This document shows positions 45,170 through 59,636 of a stretch of DNA of 64,000 bases, piece after piece (the stretch's first letter is position 1; each line of letters starts with the position of its first letter). Location: assembly GCA_964016885.1 (NCBI GenBank), contig OZ024743.1, forward strand, positions 217,186,001-217,250,000, in the 5' to 3' direction. The notes beneath the pieces were generated by a model. The model searched no databases and was not told where the DNA came from. It worked only from the letters and a program-made list of their open reading frames with translations. Origin of the DNA: Eledone cirrhosa. Its lineage: Eukaryota. Made by a program: the position numbers and the translations under genes.

Positions 45170-46113
45170 TATATAAAGCCCACCAAACAAACAAGCATAT
45201 ATACTCAGAAGAGTAAAGAAATCAGCACATCATATCCAGAATTATATGTTAGATGAACGAAAACTGTCAGCTTAATGGCAGGTGGGTAAGCAACGAAATC
45301 GTATACAGAGTTAAAGTTACATCCGAAGAGTCTGGTGAGAAAAATAAAATATTGCATTGAAAGAAGCAAACGTATTTCTGAAAGCTATTTTCATAATAAT
45401 ATTAACACATTTATATCAGAGAAAAAGCAGAAATAGGCGAATGACAACCTTGTGGCTTTATCAAGGTAGGTTGTGAGGTTAAAAGAGAAAGGTGGGAAAG
45501 ACGTAGACTTTGGATGATCAATCATTGGGTTAGCACGCCTTATATAAACATAATAAAGTTGTGTCAACAAGGCATAGCTGAAAAATACAATTTACTGATA
45601 CCGTATTTTGATCTATCAAAACACAAAATTTAGTTATCGTCTCAAATATACATTCAAGTTATATTAATGAGATGAAATCAGACTTCTACCGGAAGCAAAT
45701 GACACACATTCACACATAACGCTAGATACAATCTATAAGTCCGTTTGCGTTTTCAATGCATTTCTCTATATTATACTACCTGACGAGTAACTTAACGGAA
45801 AGAAACTTCAAGAACAAAGAAGAGACTCATGTGTAAAATTGTAAGAGGGGGATAGGGTGGAGGAGTTGATAACAAAGAGATGGTTCGGTATTTCACATGT
45901 TAGGAAATACAGTGTATTGTGTTGCCTGCATACCTAACAGATTTGCAATTTACTTCTAACGAAGTATTAATTTTATATGGGTGTAAGAAGAAACAGCACT
46001 GTAAGTCTAAATGTTGATTCATTAATTTGTCGTCCTAACTTTAACCCATCGGGAATTGTAACCTCGTTTGGAAGGGAAATATATCTGTTCGTAAACAAGC
46101 AATTTCTCCCTGT

Positions 46114-46186
<73 letters not shown>

Positions 46187-46304
46187 ATATATTTCGTCCT
46201 AAGGCGAGTAACTATAAAAGTAATCTTTCGCGATAATATATGTTTGTGACGATCGAGTAGAGTACCCATGGAGACGGAAAATAGAGGAAGGATGCAACAC
46301 TCAC

Positions 46305-46380
<76 letters not shown>

Positions 46381-48891
46381 ATGTATCTATATATATGAGT
46401 AAATGCAGGAAGTGAGAGATTAGAGGTGGAAAATTCGAAAAAATGCAATATTAAATGATAAATAGTGAGAATGATCTTCTATATACGCACAACTATATGT
46501 AGTGTGTGTATGCATAAGTATATCTATGCGTTTATGTAGGGAAAGCATGAAACGAAGAGAGAGTTTGGAAGACGAGATCAATTGAGTTAAAGATACAGAT
46601 AATGAAACAAATTATCATGTAATATTTACACTCCTTGAAAGTTTATCTCACCTATTTGCCTAATTTCGAAATTGCGTGTTTTACGAAGTGCTAAGCTTGT
46701 GATATGAGGATAAAATGATTGATCTATTGAGGGCATTTTCACATAAAAGTGAAAGTATTTTAGTTTCAGTGACACAATAGATATCAACAGAATTTGGGTC
46801 AACTAAAAATGTCAATTTAGGCTTTTAAACAATAGTTCAAAATGTATAAAAGTTCGTTTAAAGCAGCAAAATGTGATGCCTTGAATAATTCATCATCGCA
46901 ATGAAGAAATTTTAGAGTTCAAATTTGAATTCAGGCTGTGACTTACTTTTACGTCTTCATTAGATTATGTCTGCACTTTAAGTCTATACGAAATACATTT
47001 CTGTTTTCGCAATGGATAACCATACATAACTTTTTTTATTATTTATGAGAATAATGAGGCAGATTACAATAATGGTAACTTGTCTTGGCGATAATAATGA
47101 AATAAAAACGATAAAGGTATACCTTATTTGATATCTGTTTGGATTTCGTGATGGAACGTGTTTTTTCAAAATCAGAAACGTTTTAACCGAAAAATATTCG
47201 GATCGTATTGTTACTACGAAACACAGAATAAAACTTTGTAAGTAGAAATTATATCTGATTTTGTTTTAAAAGTTTTTAGAATGACAGTAAGGAGATGAGT
47301 TAATTACAAATGTCAAGTTGAGATGTAAACTATTTCAAGATTTGATTGTAAAAGAGTAATCTGTTTCAGTTTTGAAAGCTTTTAAGTGTCATATATGAAT
47401 GATTGATAAAAAAAAATATTTTGTCTAAACACCCTGTAGTTAACAAGACAAAATTTAATGAAATAACTCAATATCTCCGATATAATTTCGATAATTACTT
47501 CTGTTATTTTGAAGGGAAAATATTAATTGCAAAATTTAATAGATAAATTTTAAAACACCGGTCTTGAACTTTTCCCCCTTTTTTTTTTTTTTTTAATAAT
47601 GACATTCGTTCCATAAATAATGAAAACTATATTTTCAGAATAGGATATGATATACATAATGCATGTGAATTTTAGATGCATAATCTCGGTGCTTCTGGCA
47701 AAACATCGCAACATTAGAAATTATTGTTCTATTTTCTTTTAACCTCACGAATTCTCTTTGTATGCGATGATTCTAAGGTTTCAATAACGTTTCAATTGTG
47801 CAAATAAGCTCAAAATTCTGTAGATTGACGATTAAAATGATTGGCATGTAAATGCTAGTAAATGTTATTAACATACAGACTATATCTTGCCATACCTGCT
47901 TGGCTATGTAATTGACGATTCTAGCCCCTTCTCACACGTATCGGGAGTGATGATATCAATCAATCCTTTTTTTTTTTTTCATTCTCATCTTTAGTTAAGA
48001 TCACCTACGTAACATTTAGCTGTGCTGAACTTTAAAACGATAAATTAGAATAAAGGATACAACGCTCAATAAAACCATGAATTCGACTCAAAGAAGCTTT
48101 TACCCGTAGGAAATTGGAGCCAAATCGCTCCCTCATTTTATAAAATTGTTTTAATAAAGTCAAGAATACCTTGTATATTGTGTTTGTAGATACATTATGT
48201 CTGGGAAAGTAAAGACAAATGATTGACTTCAATGCCTTTCATAATAGATCTGATTAATCATGGCTGACATAAGTCTAAACAATAATATACATGGCGGAAA
48301 TTATCCCCTGCATTATATAGAACTATGTAGAATATAGTACGAACAACACTATTGTGTAATGTAAGGGTATGGCACGAAATATTTCATATGTTTAAAATGG
48401 CAAGTACTGTTAGGAAATGGAAAACTGAATAACATGGAAAATATCAATAAATAGAAAACGTAGTACTTTTTTATTACGTCTCTTGAAACGAAAAGAATCT
48501 ACTCTGCGAAAAACTGGATATGTTCAGGAAACAGAACAAACAGGCAAAATGATGAATGAACAAACCTCTTTTTGCCCCAGTCTCAAAAAGACAGGGAGAG
48601 GTCAGTCAATATATTTGTCCCTGTCCTTCATTTATATGATGTAGATCGTGGCAATACGAATGAACCGAATATTATAGCTGCCTTCGCATCAAACCTAAAT
48701 TTGACACCATAAATGGAGTGTGACATGACATTTTGGTATATCAAACTATAATAATATTTTTATATGAAAATCGTTTTGATGATGTTAGTTATAGTGATAG
48801 ATTTAAAATCTGAAGATTCTTACTTATCTTGTAACCTGCATCAGAGTACAGAGTAGCGCATTTTGTTCGTATCTTAGACGTTGCAGTGTAC

Positions 48892-48962
<71 letters not shown>

Positions 48963-49556
48963 AGAGTTAAAAAAGATTCAATGAGTACATCAAAGAATGA
49001 GTTTTACAATAGATTGGAAACACTATACAGAAAATATTTTCCAGAGTTATTAATATTAATTCCAAATATTAACAAAATATATATTCTTGTGATCAATTAT
49101 ATTTTATTATACATAGTTCACTACAAAGGAGACCCTATTAATAATTAATAATTATGAAAACTCAATTAACAAAAAAAGTGAATTATTCTCAAACTGTCTT
49201 CATAAAGCTTTGTCTACATTCCAAGCCTCGCAAACAGTCAGGAAAAGACAGTAAGCAATCAAGCCTGATTTTCGACGTCTATCATCAACTGTTGAACATA
49301 TAAGTCTTAACGGTTTATAAAACTTTAATAATTCTTTATCTTCTAATCATTTATAATGGAATTAATGTTTGAATGAATGACACTTGTTTGATAACTTGTT
49401 TACTTGATAGATATGCATATCCTATGGCTTTTTTGGATATTTTTAACTTTAATTCAGATCTTTATATTTCTATCTCTGTTTTAAATATATAGTTTAGATA
49501 TCTAACCTGTAAATTTATTGATTTTAATTTGAACTGTGGATCATTCATGCATTTAC

Positions 49557-49613
<57 letters not shown>

Positions 49614-50776
49614 CATTTTGAGATGGTTTTTGGAGACTCGGAAAGTTGCATTTGTGCTTTGCTTTTTTATGTATATTTAACAAACCATAATAGCTGACAA
49701 ATATTGGTTTATTTCGCTACTGAATTGGAGGTAAAACTACTAACAATGATTATAATCGCTATTTTTTATTAAATGTATACCGTTTCATTAATACCTAGTA
49801 TATCTATATATACTTTGTACAAATATCTTTATCTAGGCTAATAACATAATCGTAGTTACATTTATATAAATAATTTAAACACTCAGATGACATTAGTATA
49901 AGTGTTTGCTTTTCCCTGGAAGGTCGAACTTATATCATCATTTACTTAATACAATATGTGAACAAATAATAAATTATAGTATTGGTATATTATGATCAAT
50001 ACACACATATATATAGCTGAAAACTCTGACTTCTTTAAGTTTAATTATAAGACCTGTTAATACTTTAGGCACTCTAACTATTTAACAATAAATTATTTAA
50101 TAGTTATAACTGTAAATATCTCATAAATTATATTATAGAAACTGTTGTCAATATTATAAGTAATTTTGGTAAAGATTACCTTTGTGGGGATATCGAACAT
50201 TATATGTATGTTTTCTTTCTTTCACGGGTCTCGTAAATCCTTTAAATTTGTCTTCATAAAATTTAAATTTTAGAAATTTAACATAATTATATTATAATAT
50301 TAATACAAATACCCATCAACTTTTAAAACCTAAAATTTGATTCTTTACCCTGAAATAACATAAATTAAATATTTTGAAAATTAACCGCCAACTCTATATA
50401 AATATTTGTATGTAGAAACTTGAGCATAAATTACTCCCCTTTGTCTCCCTCTCTCTTTATTTATCTTCCATTTGGCTTCTCAAGCTAAATACTAAATAAG
50501 TTATAACATCAGCTACGTCTTCCTATATGCTTTCCTCCCCGCATATTTCTCTAGTAGTTTTTTTAAATATTAAAAATTCTATAACTGTTACATTGATGCC
50601 ATGTATTTCTTAAAATATATTACTCACGCTCTCTCTATTGATTGTATTACGTTTTCTCATGTTCTCAATATTAGGATATAAATATTGAGTTTTCTCATAA
50701 GTTATTTCATAAGTTTCTCATATCTTGATTGAATCTTAACCATCTACCATGTCAGGGTATGTCATGTATCATTTTA

Positions 50777-50840
50777 TTTTATCTGATGAGGACGTACTGT
50801 TGAACTTAATTCAGTACCTCTGAAATATGTATAATAAAAA
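50777..50840 (+). ncRNA. Minimal hammerhead-like motif at a PLE-like 3' end
   Basis: TTTTAT-CTGATGA-GGACGTACTG..CAGTACCTCT-GAAA-TATGTA-TA-ATAAAA, ending about 45 bp before a (TA)n tract. Confidence 0.5.
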
Positions 50841-50881
50841 ATAATTGATCACAAGAATATCTATTTTGTTAATATTTGGAA

Positions 50882-51055
<174 letters not shown>

Positions 51056-51515
51056 GAAACCACCAGGAATATGTATGTGTGTAATCCAAAATGAATAATC
51101 TATGTATTAGATCAAAACATATGTGAACTTGAAAATATTATTTTCTATAAGTCACCTATCCATCTTCGTAATTCCTCAGTTAAATTTAAAACAGATTTCA
51201 TACTAGGTTTTTTAAATATATTTTTCGTGGGAACATACGTCCAAAATAAAATATCTTCCATTGAGACTAGTTCTCGTTTTGTTAACCGGAAATGGAAATG
51301 AATATGCATGGAAGAATATTAGATTATGGTTTTTGCAGATGTTAAAAAAACGTCTTAGTAAGAAAAAGCGTATACACTTTGTACTAAAATCCATTAGGGG
51401 GTAATTTTCGCAAATTTAGAGACCACCCATTTTCACTCTCAACCTGGTTCCAGTATATAAATATGTATTTGTGTATAAACGCTCATATCTGTGTATGTGA
51501 ATGTGAAGTGCTACG

Positions 51516-51592
<77 letters not shown>

Positions 51593-53079
51593 ATCCCCCC
51601 ACTATCTTTTTGTTGTGTTTATGTCTGTCTGTGTTTGTGTCTGTGAGTGTGCGTGTTTCTGAAATTATACAAGTCTAAATATAGAACTAATTGCTTTTTA
51701 ATGGGGGAAGTTATTTTAAGAATCCATTTGTACTCTCTGAAGTGCATATTGACTATAATTCCAAAGCGAACCAAACCACATTAGTAACCTGAGTCTAGTC
51801 AATACGATGTTGTGAATCAGTTTTCCTTCCAGCAAATTCTTAAAGAATTGTAGTCATGCATATACTATGTAATTAGTTTTGGCTAATTGTTAAAATTAAC
51901 ATAATCTCTAGTAACTACATTTCTTCTGAGTTACTATAATCGAAATTAGTTTCTGTTGTGCTTCTAATTAGCAGCAGAAGTATTTCGTTTGTTAGTAAGT
52001 ACAGTATGGTTGTCAAATGACTATATATATATATATCGTCTCATTATCCCAGTCTATTTATATGGATAAACAAAGATATTTTAGTCAATACTATATTGTT
52101 CTTATGGGTCATAGTGTAACAGTATGTGTACTTTTGAGGTTAATAGTCAAGGAAAAATTCTCCAAATGATTGAATGATGTCGTAGATTTTTGTCCCTTCT
52201 TCGTACTCGATCGCTTCCTATATCTATATAAAAATTGATCTCTCTCCTTCCCTTTCTCTATCTCTCTGTCTATATCTCTCTTTCTCTCTCTTTGACTTTC
52301 TGAAACAAAAAAGACATATTAATATTAAAAATAATATTATTGGAAATTAGGCTATACATATATTCATGGAAGCATTCGTAGTTTTAAAATATATCTTTAC
52401 TAAAGTAAATAAAATGAGAAATCGATTGATCAGTCTAAACAACAAAATTTAAACAGTATCTACCTAATATATACTTTGACTGATATATTCAACTATTGTA
52501 TATAGGTATCAAATAGTATTATTTATTTATTTATTCCGTTTAAACATCCGTATAGAGCTAGTAAGACATGGCCCATTAGGGGAAGTATCGAGTACTCCTT
52601 ACAGTTGGTAATCAAAAAGAGTTAATGAGAGAAGTAATACAAAAATGTTTAAAAGAGAATCAATAAAATTAAATTAAAATCAAATTTCAAATATTGAAGG
52701 CCAATGGGCGGTAGATTATGCATAAGAAAACGAAAAATAAAAGAGTGAAAAAGGAAGCTGTAAAACCGCTAGAATTTTCTGTTGTTGATTTCTTTCCGAG
52801 CTTCCATGTACTGAAAGAATGTGTTTCTATTTCGTAGAATTGTAATCATATATTGAACTTCCAGTCTTAGTAGCTTTTTAAAGATTGGTTTCAACAAGGC
52901 CTCTTTCTCAGACTGATATTATATTTATCAATACTCTGGCAACTATATTTTTTTATGTCAAATTCCTTAATGCTCCCAAAGATAACCAAATGTTATTTAC
53001 ACTTCTAGCAAGAAAAAATATGAATAACCACACATACTTATATAGCTGTATGTACATATATAATGTATGTATGTATCTA

Positions 53080-53111
<32 letters not shown>

Positions 53112-53116
<5 letters not shown>

Positions 53117-54130
53117 GTATGACCTGGACAGCAGAGCTCAAGCCGTTTCGACGGCTATTTCTGGAATAAAGTAAGAGTTTTTTTAGTCTGGTAAATAAAT
53201 TGCCGAACTTTTCAAGGGTACTTCTTTATATGGAAATATTGTAGTTGTCAAGGGGATTGGTCAAAATGTGTAGCGGACACAGAAAAGACTATCATGGCAT
53301 TGGTTGCAGGGTGGGGATGGCTGAACTTGCCTGTAGGACGATAGGGGAGTGGCTAGATCCGGTCAAGCGTAGAAGCTGAAATCTACACGGCAAATTCTAA
53401 GGAATGTGTATGAAAGTAGGCCAGAGGAAGTTGGCGAATAAATGGTATCTTTAGAAAGTGGAGGAGGGACGTTATAGAAATAGTAAAACAAATGCGATTA
53501 GGGAACAAAGAAAAAATATAATAAAAAAGAATATAATAAAAAATGAGAGAAAGATGTAACAGAAAGTAAGATTGAAAGTGAGAAGTGAAATAAGGAGTCT
53601 AACAGAGTTGCTATATTTCGGCCAAAGCCACAGAATGAGTTGCTAGATGAGAATAATTGAACAATTTAGAATTAAAATTTAATACCACATATCTGAGGTG
53701 TAACACAGCTGCTATGAATAGTTAGTATAGCGTAATCAGCGAATGCTATTTGTAAGTTACTGGGGTGGGGTACTGAGGCTAAAGAGGCCCGATGGGCTGC
53801 CTCGGGGTAGGCGAAAGGGGGAAAAACACAAAGAAACGAACAAGGATCATTGGGGGGGGAAGGTAAGTCTTCCGCAATCTGTGTTTATATGCAGTTACCA
53901 GTTAGTCTTTTGTTTAGGAGTTGATCCTTCGTAAACAGCATTTGTAATGTTTCCTCCCTTGAAAAGATCTACTATTTATTTACCAGACTAAACAAACTCT
54001 TACTTTAGTCCAGAAATAGTCGTCGAAACGGCTTGAGCTCTGCCGTCGGGGTCATACTTTCTCCTATTACCCACTCTGCTACCTTAAGTATTGAGTACTC
54101 TGGTTTGTTATGGTCCATCTGGTTCCTTAC

Positions 54131-54131
<1 letters not shown>
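53112..54131 (+). mobile_element. Foldback-plus-tail element, family F, long copy (about 1 kb)
   Basis: Arms 53112-53218 / 53956-54062, ~740-bp spacer, tail to 54131; microsatellite flanks. Confidence 0.8.
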
Positions 54132-54207
<76 letters not shown>

Positions 54208-54877
54208 ATATTAAGACAATCAAATCTTAGTTTAATACATGTATTTGCTAACAAAATTGTCTCTTCCATAGGGATATCTGGAATCATCGGAGCATAGAGT
54301 ATGTTTACACAAGTGATTAAAGTTATAGTCTTCAGAACATTTAGGTAAATACATAACTGTTGTCAGTGTCATAGACATCATATATAAAATTGAGAGTTAA
54401 AAAAAAGAATGTTATACTTCCGAAAACGCAATTACAAGGAGGAATGGTGAAAATTGAGATATAAGCATATTATGTATAAAGGTATTATTTAAGGTAATAC
54501 AAGTGCAAATGGTACAAGCAAAAAAAAAAAACGTAAGGTAGTATAGATAGAAGATATTATATCATTGGAAATCAGGTAATGTTAAGGGTATATAATGCAA
54601 GAGTCAATACAATCAATAGGGCATGTATGAGGTAAGAGTTATATTATAGCTGAAACAAGCATATTTCTTGTAGAGTTTAAAAGCATGTTACAAGTTATGA
54701 ATGATTAAATATTGTTAAACGGCGTGCTATATCATAGAGAGACATGTGGTGATCACACGTATATATGCTATGTGAGATGTAATGCAAAGCCCGTGATTGA
54801 GTTAGATAGGTAATTTTCATTCAATAATTTTTATATTGGACATCGTATATAGATGTACATGTTGGGTGTATATATAC

Positions 54878-54950
54878 GTATGTATGTATGTATGTATGTA
54901 TGTATGTATGTATGTATGTATGTATGTATGTATGTATGTATGTATGTATG

Positions 54951-54982
<32 letters not shown>

Positions 54983-55012
54983 TGTATGTATGTATGTATG
55001 TATGTATGTATG

Positions 55013-55046
<34 letters not shown>

Positions 55047-55113
55047 TGTATGTATATATATATATATGTATGTATGTATGTATGTAAGTATGTATGTATG
55101 TATGTATGTATGT
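54878..55113. repeat. (TATG)n microsatellite
   Basis: Direct reading. Confidence 0.95.
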
Positions 55114-55765
55114 AAGGCAGAATTCTAGGAGAAGGAAAACTCTGATATAACACCTGCAACTCTGATGGTATCCAATGATGTTGACTTGTTCTTCTTTTTG
55201 GTAAATATCATCTTGGTTAAGAGAGTGGGACTGGCTTTGTGCAGTGCCTTTGCTCACTATAAAAGCTTCACGGCACAGGCATTGCTTTATATCTAGAGAT
55301 CTCTCTGCACTTGTCGTCACATGGTACCATGGGCCCAGCACTATGTGTCAATAATTGTCAAAAGTCTAGTGTTTGTACCAGAGTTTTCAAGGTCGCTGGC
55401 TGTACTTAAAAGTAACACTCGTTCAGCGCATCGGTAAGGGTTCTCCTACATGGATATAAAGTAGTGGCCGTACTCGAAAACGAGTTGGCAGACACCATGT
55501 ATGTATGTATGTGTTTTTGCACACTATAAAAGCTTCACGACACAGGTATTGCTTTATATCTGGAGATCTCTCTGCACTTGTCGTCACCTGGTACCATGGG
55601 CCCAGCACTATGTGTCAATAATTTTACAAGTGTAGTGTGTGTACCAGAGTTTTCAAGTCGCTAGCTGAACTAAAAAGCCACACTCGTTCAGCGCATCGGT
55701 AGGGGTTCTCCTACATGGATATAAAGTAGTGGCCATACCCGAAAACGAGTTGGCAGCCAGCATGT
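55114..55765 (+). mobile_element. Non-coding, possibly RTE-derived element with a 267-bp tandem duplication, inside (TATG)n
   Basis: Units start at 55255 and 55522, each ending in (ATGT)n. CTAGGAGAAGGAAAACTCTGAT recalls RTE 5' regions (from memory, unverified). Confidence 0.5.
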
Positions 55766-56305
<540 letters not shown>

Positions 56306-56672
56306 ATTAGAAATGTAAGCTATCGCCGTACTTTGAAATGTAGGCGATAGCCTACATTTCTAATAATTTCAAACCCACTCGCTGTTTCGAAAATATTCTT
56401 ACTTGACATTACAGTCGCTAAGTTTATAGCTTCTAATTTGAATGGAAAAAGACGGGTGATGAGTTGGTGTAAATGGTAGCACAGTGGTCCGGATAACCAA
56501 AGAAGTGGGTTCGACTCCCATGTACGTCTATACTCATCTTTTTCCATTTCTCCGAGGGTTCTTAACCCCACTATCAGGCTAAATACTTTCTTTAATTTCT
56601 TTAGTCAAAATACGGCGATAGCTTACATTTCTAATAATTTCAAACCCACTCACTGTTTCGAAAATATTCTTA
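56306..56672 (+). mobile_element. About 270-bp unit with a tRNA-like Pol III promoter, terminal direct repeat and inverted cap
   Basis: Direct repeat 56343-56401 / 56613-56672; 56306-56330 is the exact reverse complement of 56611-56635; A box TGGTGTAAATGG and B box GGTTCGACTCC at about 56465-56520. Confidence 0.65.
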
Positions 56673-57284
56673 GTATATATACATATACATACATAGCTAC
56701 CATTACACACACGTATGTATATATATATATATATATATATAATTCAATGATATTAAATAAATGGTAACTATATTTATAAAACCATATTTATTTTATTATA
56801 TACTAGCAGATATACCCGGCGTGGCTCGGGGTTTGAAATTATGCTAAGAATATACAGCTAGGAAATAAAAAAGAACATTATTGTCCCCAACCTGTCAAAA
56901 TAAGCAGAAGTCTTCAATAATTAATGCAAACGAATATTTAGTGCAATCTTTGTACACATAAAACTATATTGATAATGAAGGAAAACACTGAACAGGATGC
57001 AGTTATATAAATGATTAAAGACAATACACGTTGCAAATCTGTAAAAAAAACAGGCAGTTTTGCTAAAGTACAAAAAATTGTAATGAAAGCAGAGTTATAT
57101 ACAAACAAAAAAACAATGAGAGTAGAATAAGAGAAAATCTATTCTTTGAGAGAATCCTTTGCTGTGTATGGTTAAAGTTTGAACTTATAATCCAAAATAT
57201 CCTGCATGACATATTCATTGGTATGTTTTGTAATGAGTAAGGTGAAGTCAAGGCAGAGCTGTAATAAGTTTTTTTGTTAACACT

Positions 57285-57835
57285 AAAGCACTTCAGGATA
57301 GACGATATTCTTTTTTTTCTTTTCGGAACAAACGCAAAGAGATTATCTCGACTATCAACTCGTGAGCAGGCAACGTAGAATTGTCCGTGCGAAAAGCTAG
57401 GTTCATCCAAGTGAATTCCAGTGACGGACATAGTTTGACCTTGCGACTTGTTTATGGACATCGCAAAGGCAACATGAAGGGGAAATTGGGTTAGCCGAAA
57501 GGAGAAGGGAGTATCCACGCCTGATGTAGTCAGGCTAATTTTTTTATCACATCCTCGCCTTTTCCACATCCGGATAGAATGGTAGCGTCAATACTAAATG
57601 GAGACAGTTTTTTAACCACAAGGCGTGTACCATTGCATAGTTTTGGATGAGTGATATTCCTCAGCAAAATAACTGGCGTTCCCTCTTTCAGAACCAATGT
57701 ATTAGGAGGTAAACCAGGAGGATTTAAAGAATTTAGAAATTCAAGTGGATAGTTGTCCGCATCCTGTGGATCACATACATTATCGAGAGATTTATATATC
57801 CGTGGACATCCAGGAAGAATCCTGTTCAGTATGTT
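57285..57835 (-). pseudogene. Helitron RepHel PIF1-like helicase, C-terminal fragment
   Basis: YPLEFLNSLNPPGLPP..LLRNI..LCNGTRL, frameshift, then QFPLHVAFAMSINKSQGQT..FSHGQFYVACSRV. Confidence 0.9.
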
Positions 57836-57915
57836 CCTTCATTGTCAAAAAATGTGATGTGTACGAATACAGCTGGAAGCATAGACAATGCCTGCCTCAA
57901 ATGTGGACGAAATTA

Positions 57916-58350
57916 CTTTAAAAATGTAAAAGCTGTAGGTCCCAATGGTTTGAATGGAAAGTCCCATAAGTATTGTTCTAAACATAAACTAACCATCTTC
58001 AAAATTCGTCAATTCGAGACTGCTGCGAGATTAGGCCCTTACCCTGAAAATTAACACTTAATATAGTGAAACAAGTTAAAACAACAAGTGTTTTTTTTAA
58101 TTTTGAAAGTGCAACAATTTTTTTTTTGTATCAACATGGCTTATGAAAGTTTTAAAAATATAAAAGTTGTAGATCCCAATGGTTTGAATGGAAAGTCCCA
58201 TAACGATTGTTCTAAAAATAAACAAACCCTCATCAAAATCTCGTCAATTCGAGACTGCTGCGAGATTAGGCCCTTAACGCGAAAATTAACACTTAATATA
58301 GTGAAACAAGTTAAAACAACAAGTGTTATTTTAACTTTGAATGTGCAACA
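57916..58350. repeat. 234-bp-period tandem duplication inside the Helitron
   Basis: CCCAATGGTTTGAATGGAAAGTCCCATAA at 57941 and 58175, with colinear flanks. Confidence 0.9.
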
Positions 58351-59212
58351 AAGAATAAACAAGAAACAAACGATAATATTAGTGATTTATCTTCAAATGA
58401 ATCTGGTGTATATATTTCTGAAATTTCGTCCGACGATGATTGTTGTTTTCAAATTGAAAACGAAGGTCTCCATATCTCACTCTCTTTATAAGGACTGTCA
58501 ATAAAGTTGGTTATCTCCCTTTTTTTATAAGGATTGTCAATACTGTTGGTTATCTCCCTTACATCAATTTTGCTACCGATACTTTTGATATCGTTTTTTT
58601 ATTGCTCAACGTGGGTCGATTGGAAAATATTTTGTGTTGTAACCATCTTAGCGACCTTTGCAACGTGCACAGAAAATTTGGTCAAATTCAGTTGGTAATA
58701 GTAAAAGCCTTAGGTATCCAAAGTTGTACACAGACACACACACATCCTCGCTTTTATATATATAAAGATATTTCAAGGGTACCAAGACACATTGGTACGC
58801 TTTCATTAGATAAAATAAAAAAAATGTTTTATAAATAGAGACATACCCATGGAAATTCTACCACATCGGTTGGATATTCACTTGATAGTGGAAATATATT
58901 AGGGATTTTTCAAACTTATGTGTGAATATGCAAATGAATTTGTAAATAATTGAAAATCAACCGTTTATTTAAACGAATATGGAGAGAGAAGAGATAAGAG
59001 GAGAGGATAAAATAGTGCGAGAGAGAGAGAGAAGAAAGAAACAAGAGAAGATGAATAAAAACTCATATAATGTTAATTTGAGGGAAATATATTCTAACTA
59101 TATATCTTAATATTACGTGTATTTACGATTATTAGTTTTTAAAAATCTGTTTATAATATAATATTTTTCTTGTGTTATAAGTAGATAAATAAATAAATAC
59201 ATAAATAAATAA

Positions 59213-59247
<35 letters not shown>

Positions 59248-59369
59248 TGTATGTATTTTTTTTTTTTTTAATCGGTCTACTTTCGTCAAATCGGACCGAG
59301 GAAAAAATATTTCCGTTGGTCTTTCCAATTGCTAGTACTATCTATCGGTCGCAACTCCAGATAGAAGAA

Positions 59370-59487
59370 GAAACGTGAAATAAAGTGTCTTGCTCAAGGA
59401 CATAACGCATCGCCTGGTCCAGGAATCGAACCCACAAATTCACGATTGCGAATCCAGTTCTCTGACCACTCAGCCACACGCCTTCAG
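59370..59487 (-). mobile_element. tRNA-derived SINE, 5' part (second family)
   Basis: Minus strand: A box TGGCTGAGTGG, B box GGTTCGATTCC, then GTCCTTGAGCAAGACACTTTATTTCAC. Confidence 0.8.
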
Positions 59488-59513
59488 TAATGTATGTTAT
59501 ATATATATATATG

Positions 59514-59567
<54 letters not shown>

Positions 59568-59636
59568 TACACACACACACGCACACACACATATATATAT
59601 ATATTATATTATATTATTATTATTATTGTTGTTATT

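Larger units (their letters stand above)
56803..58768 (-). mobile_element. Internally deleted (non-autonomous) Helitron with both termini
   Basis: Minus strand: A|TCTTTATATATATAAAAG 5' end; 3' hairpin CCCGAGCCACGCCGGG then TATATCTGCTAG|T; A/T insertion site, no TSD; PIF1 helicase fragment inside. Confidence 0.92.

Noticed and set aside
56461-56525. Possible tRNA gene
   Set aside because: A and B boxes are present but there is no acceptor stem or clean cloverleaf; treated as an element-internal promoter. The same applies to 59410-59485.
57063-57569. Host PIF1 helicase gene
   Set aside because: A frameshifted fragment enclosed by Helitron termini.
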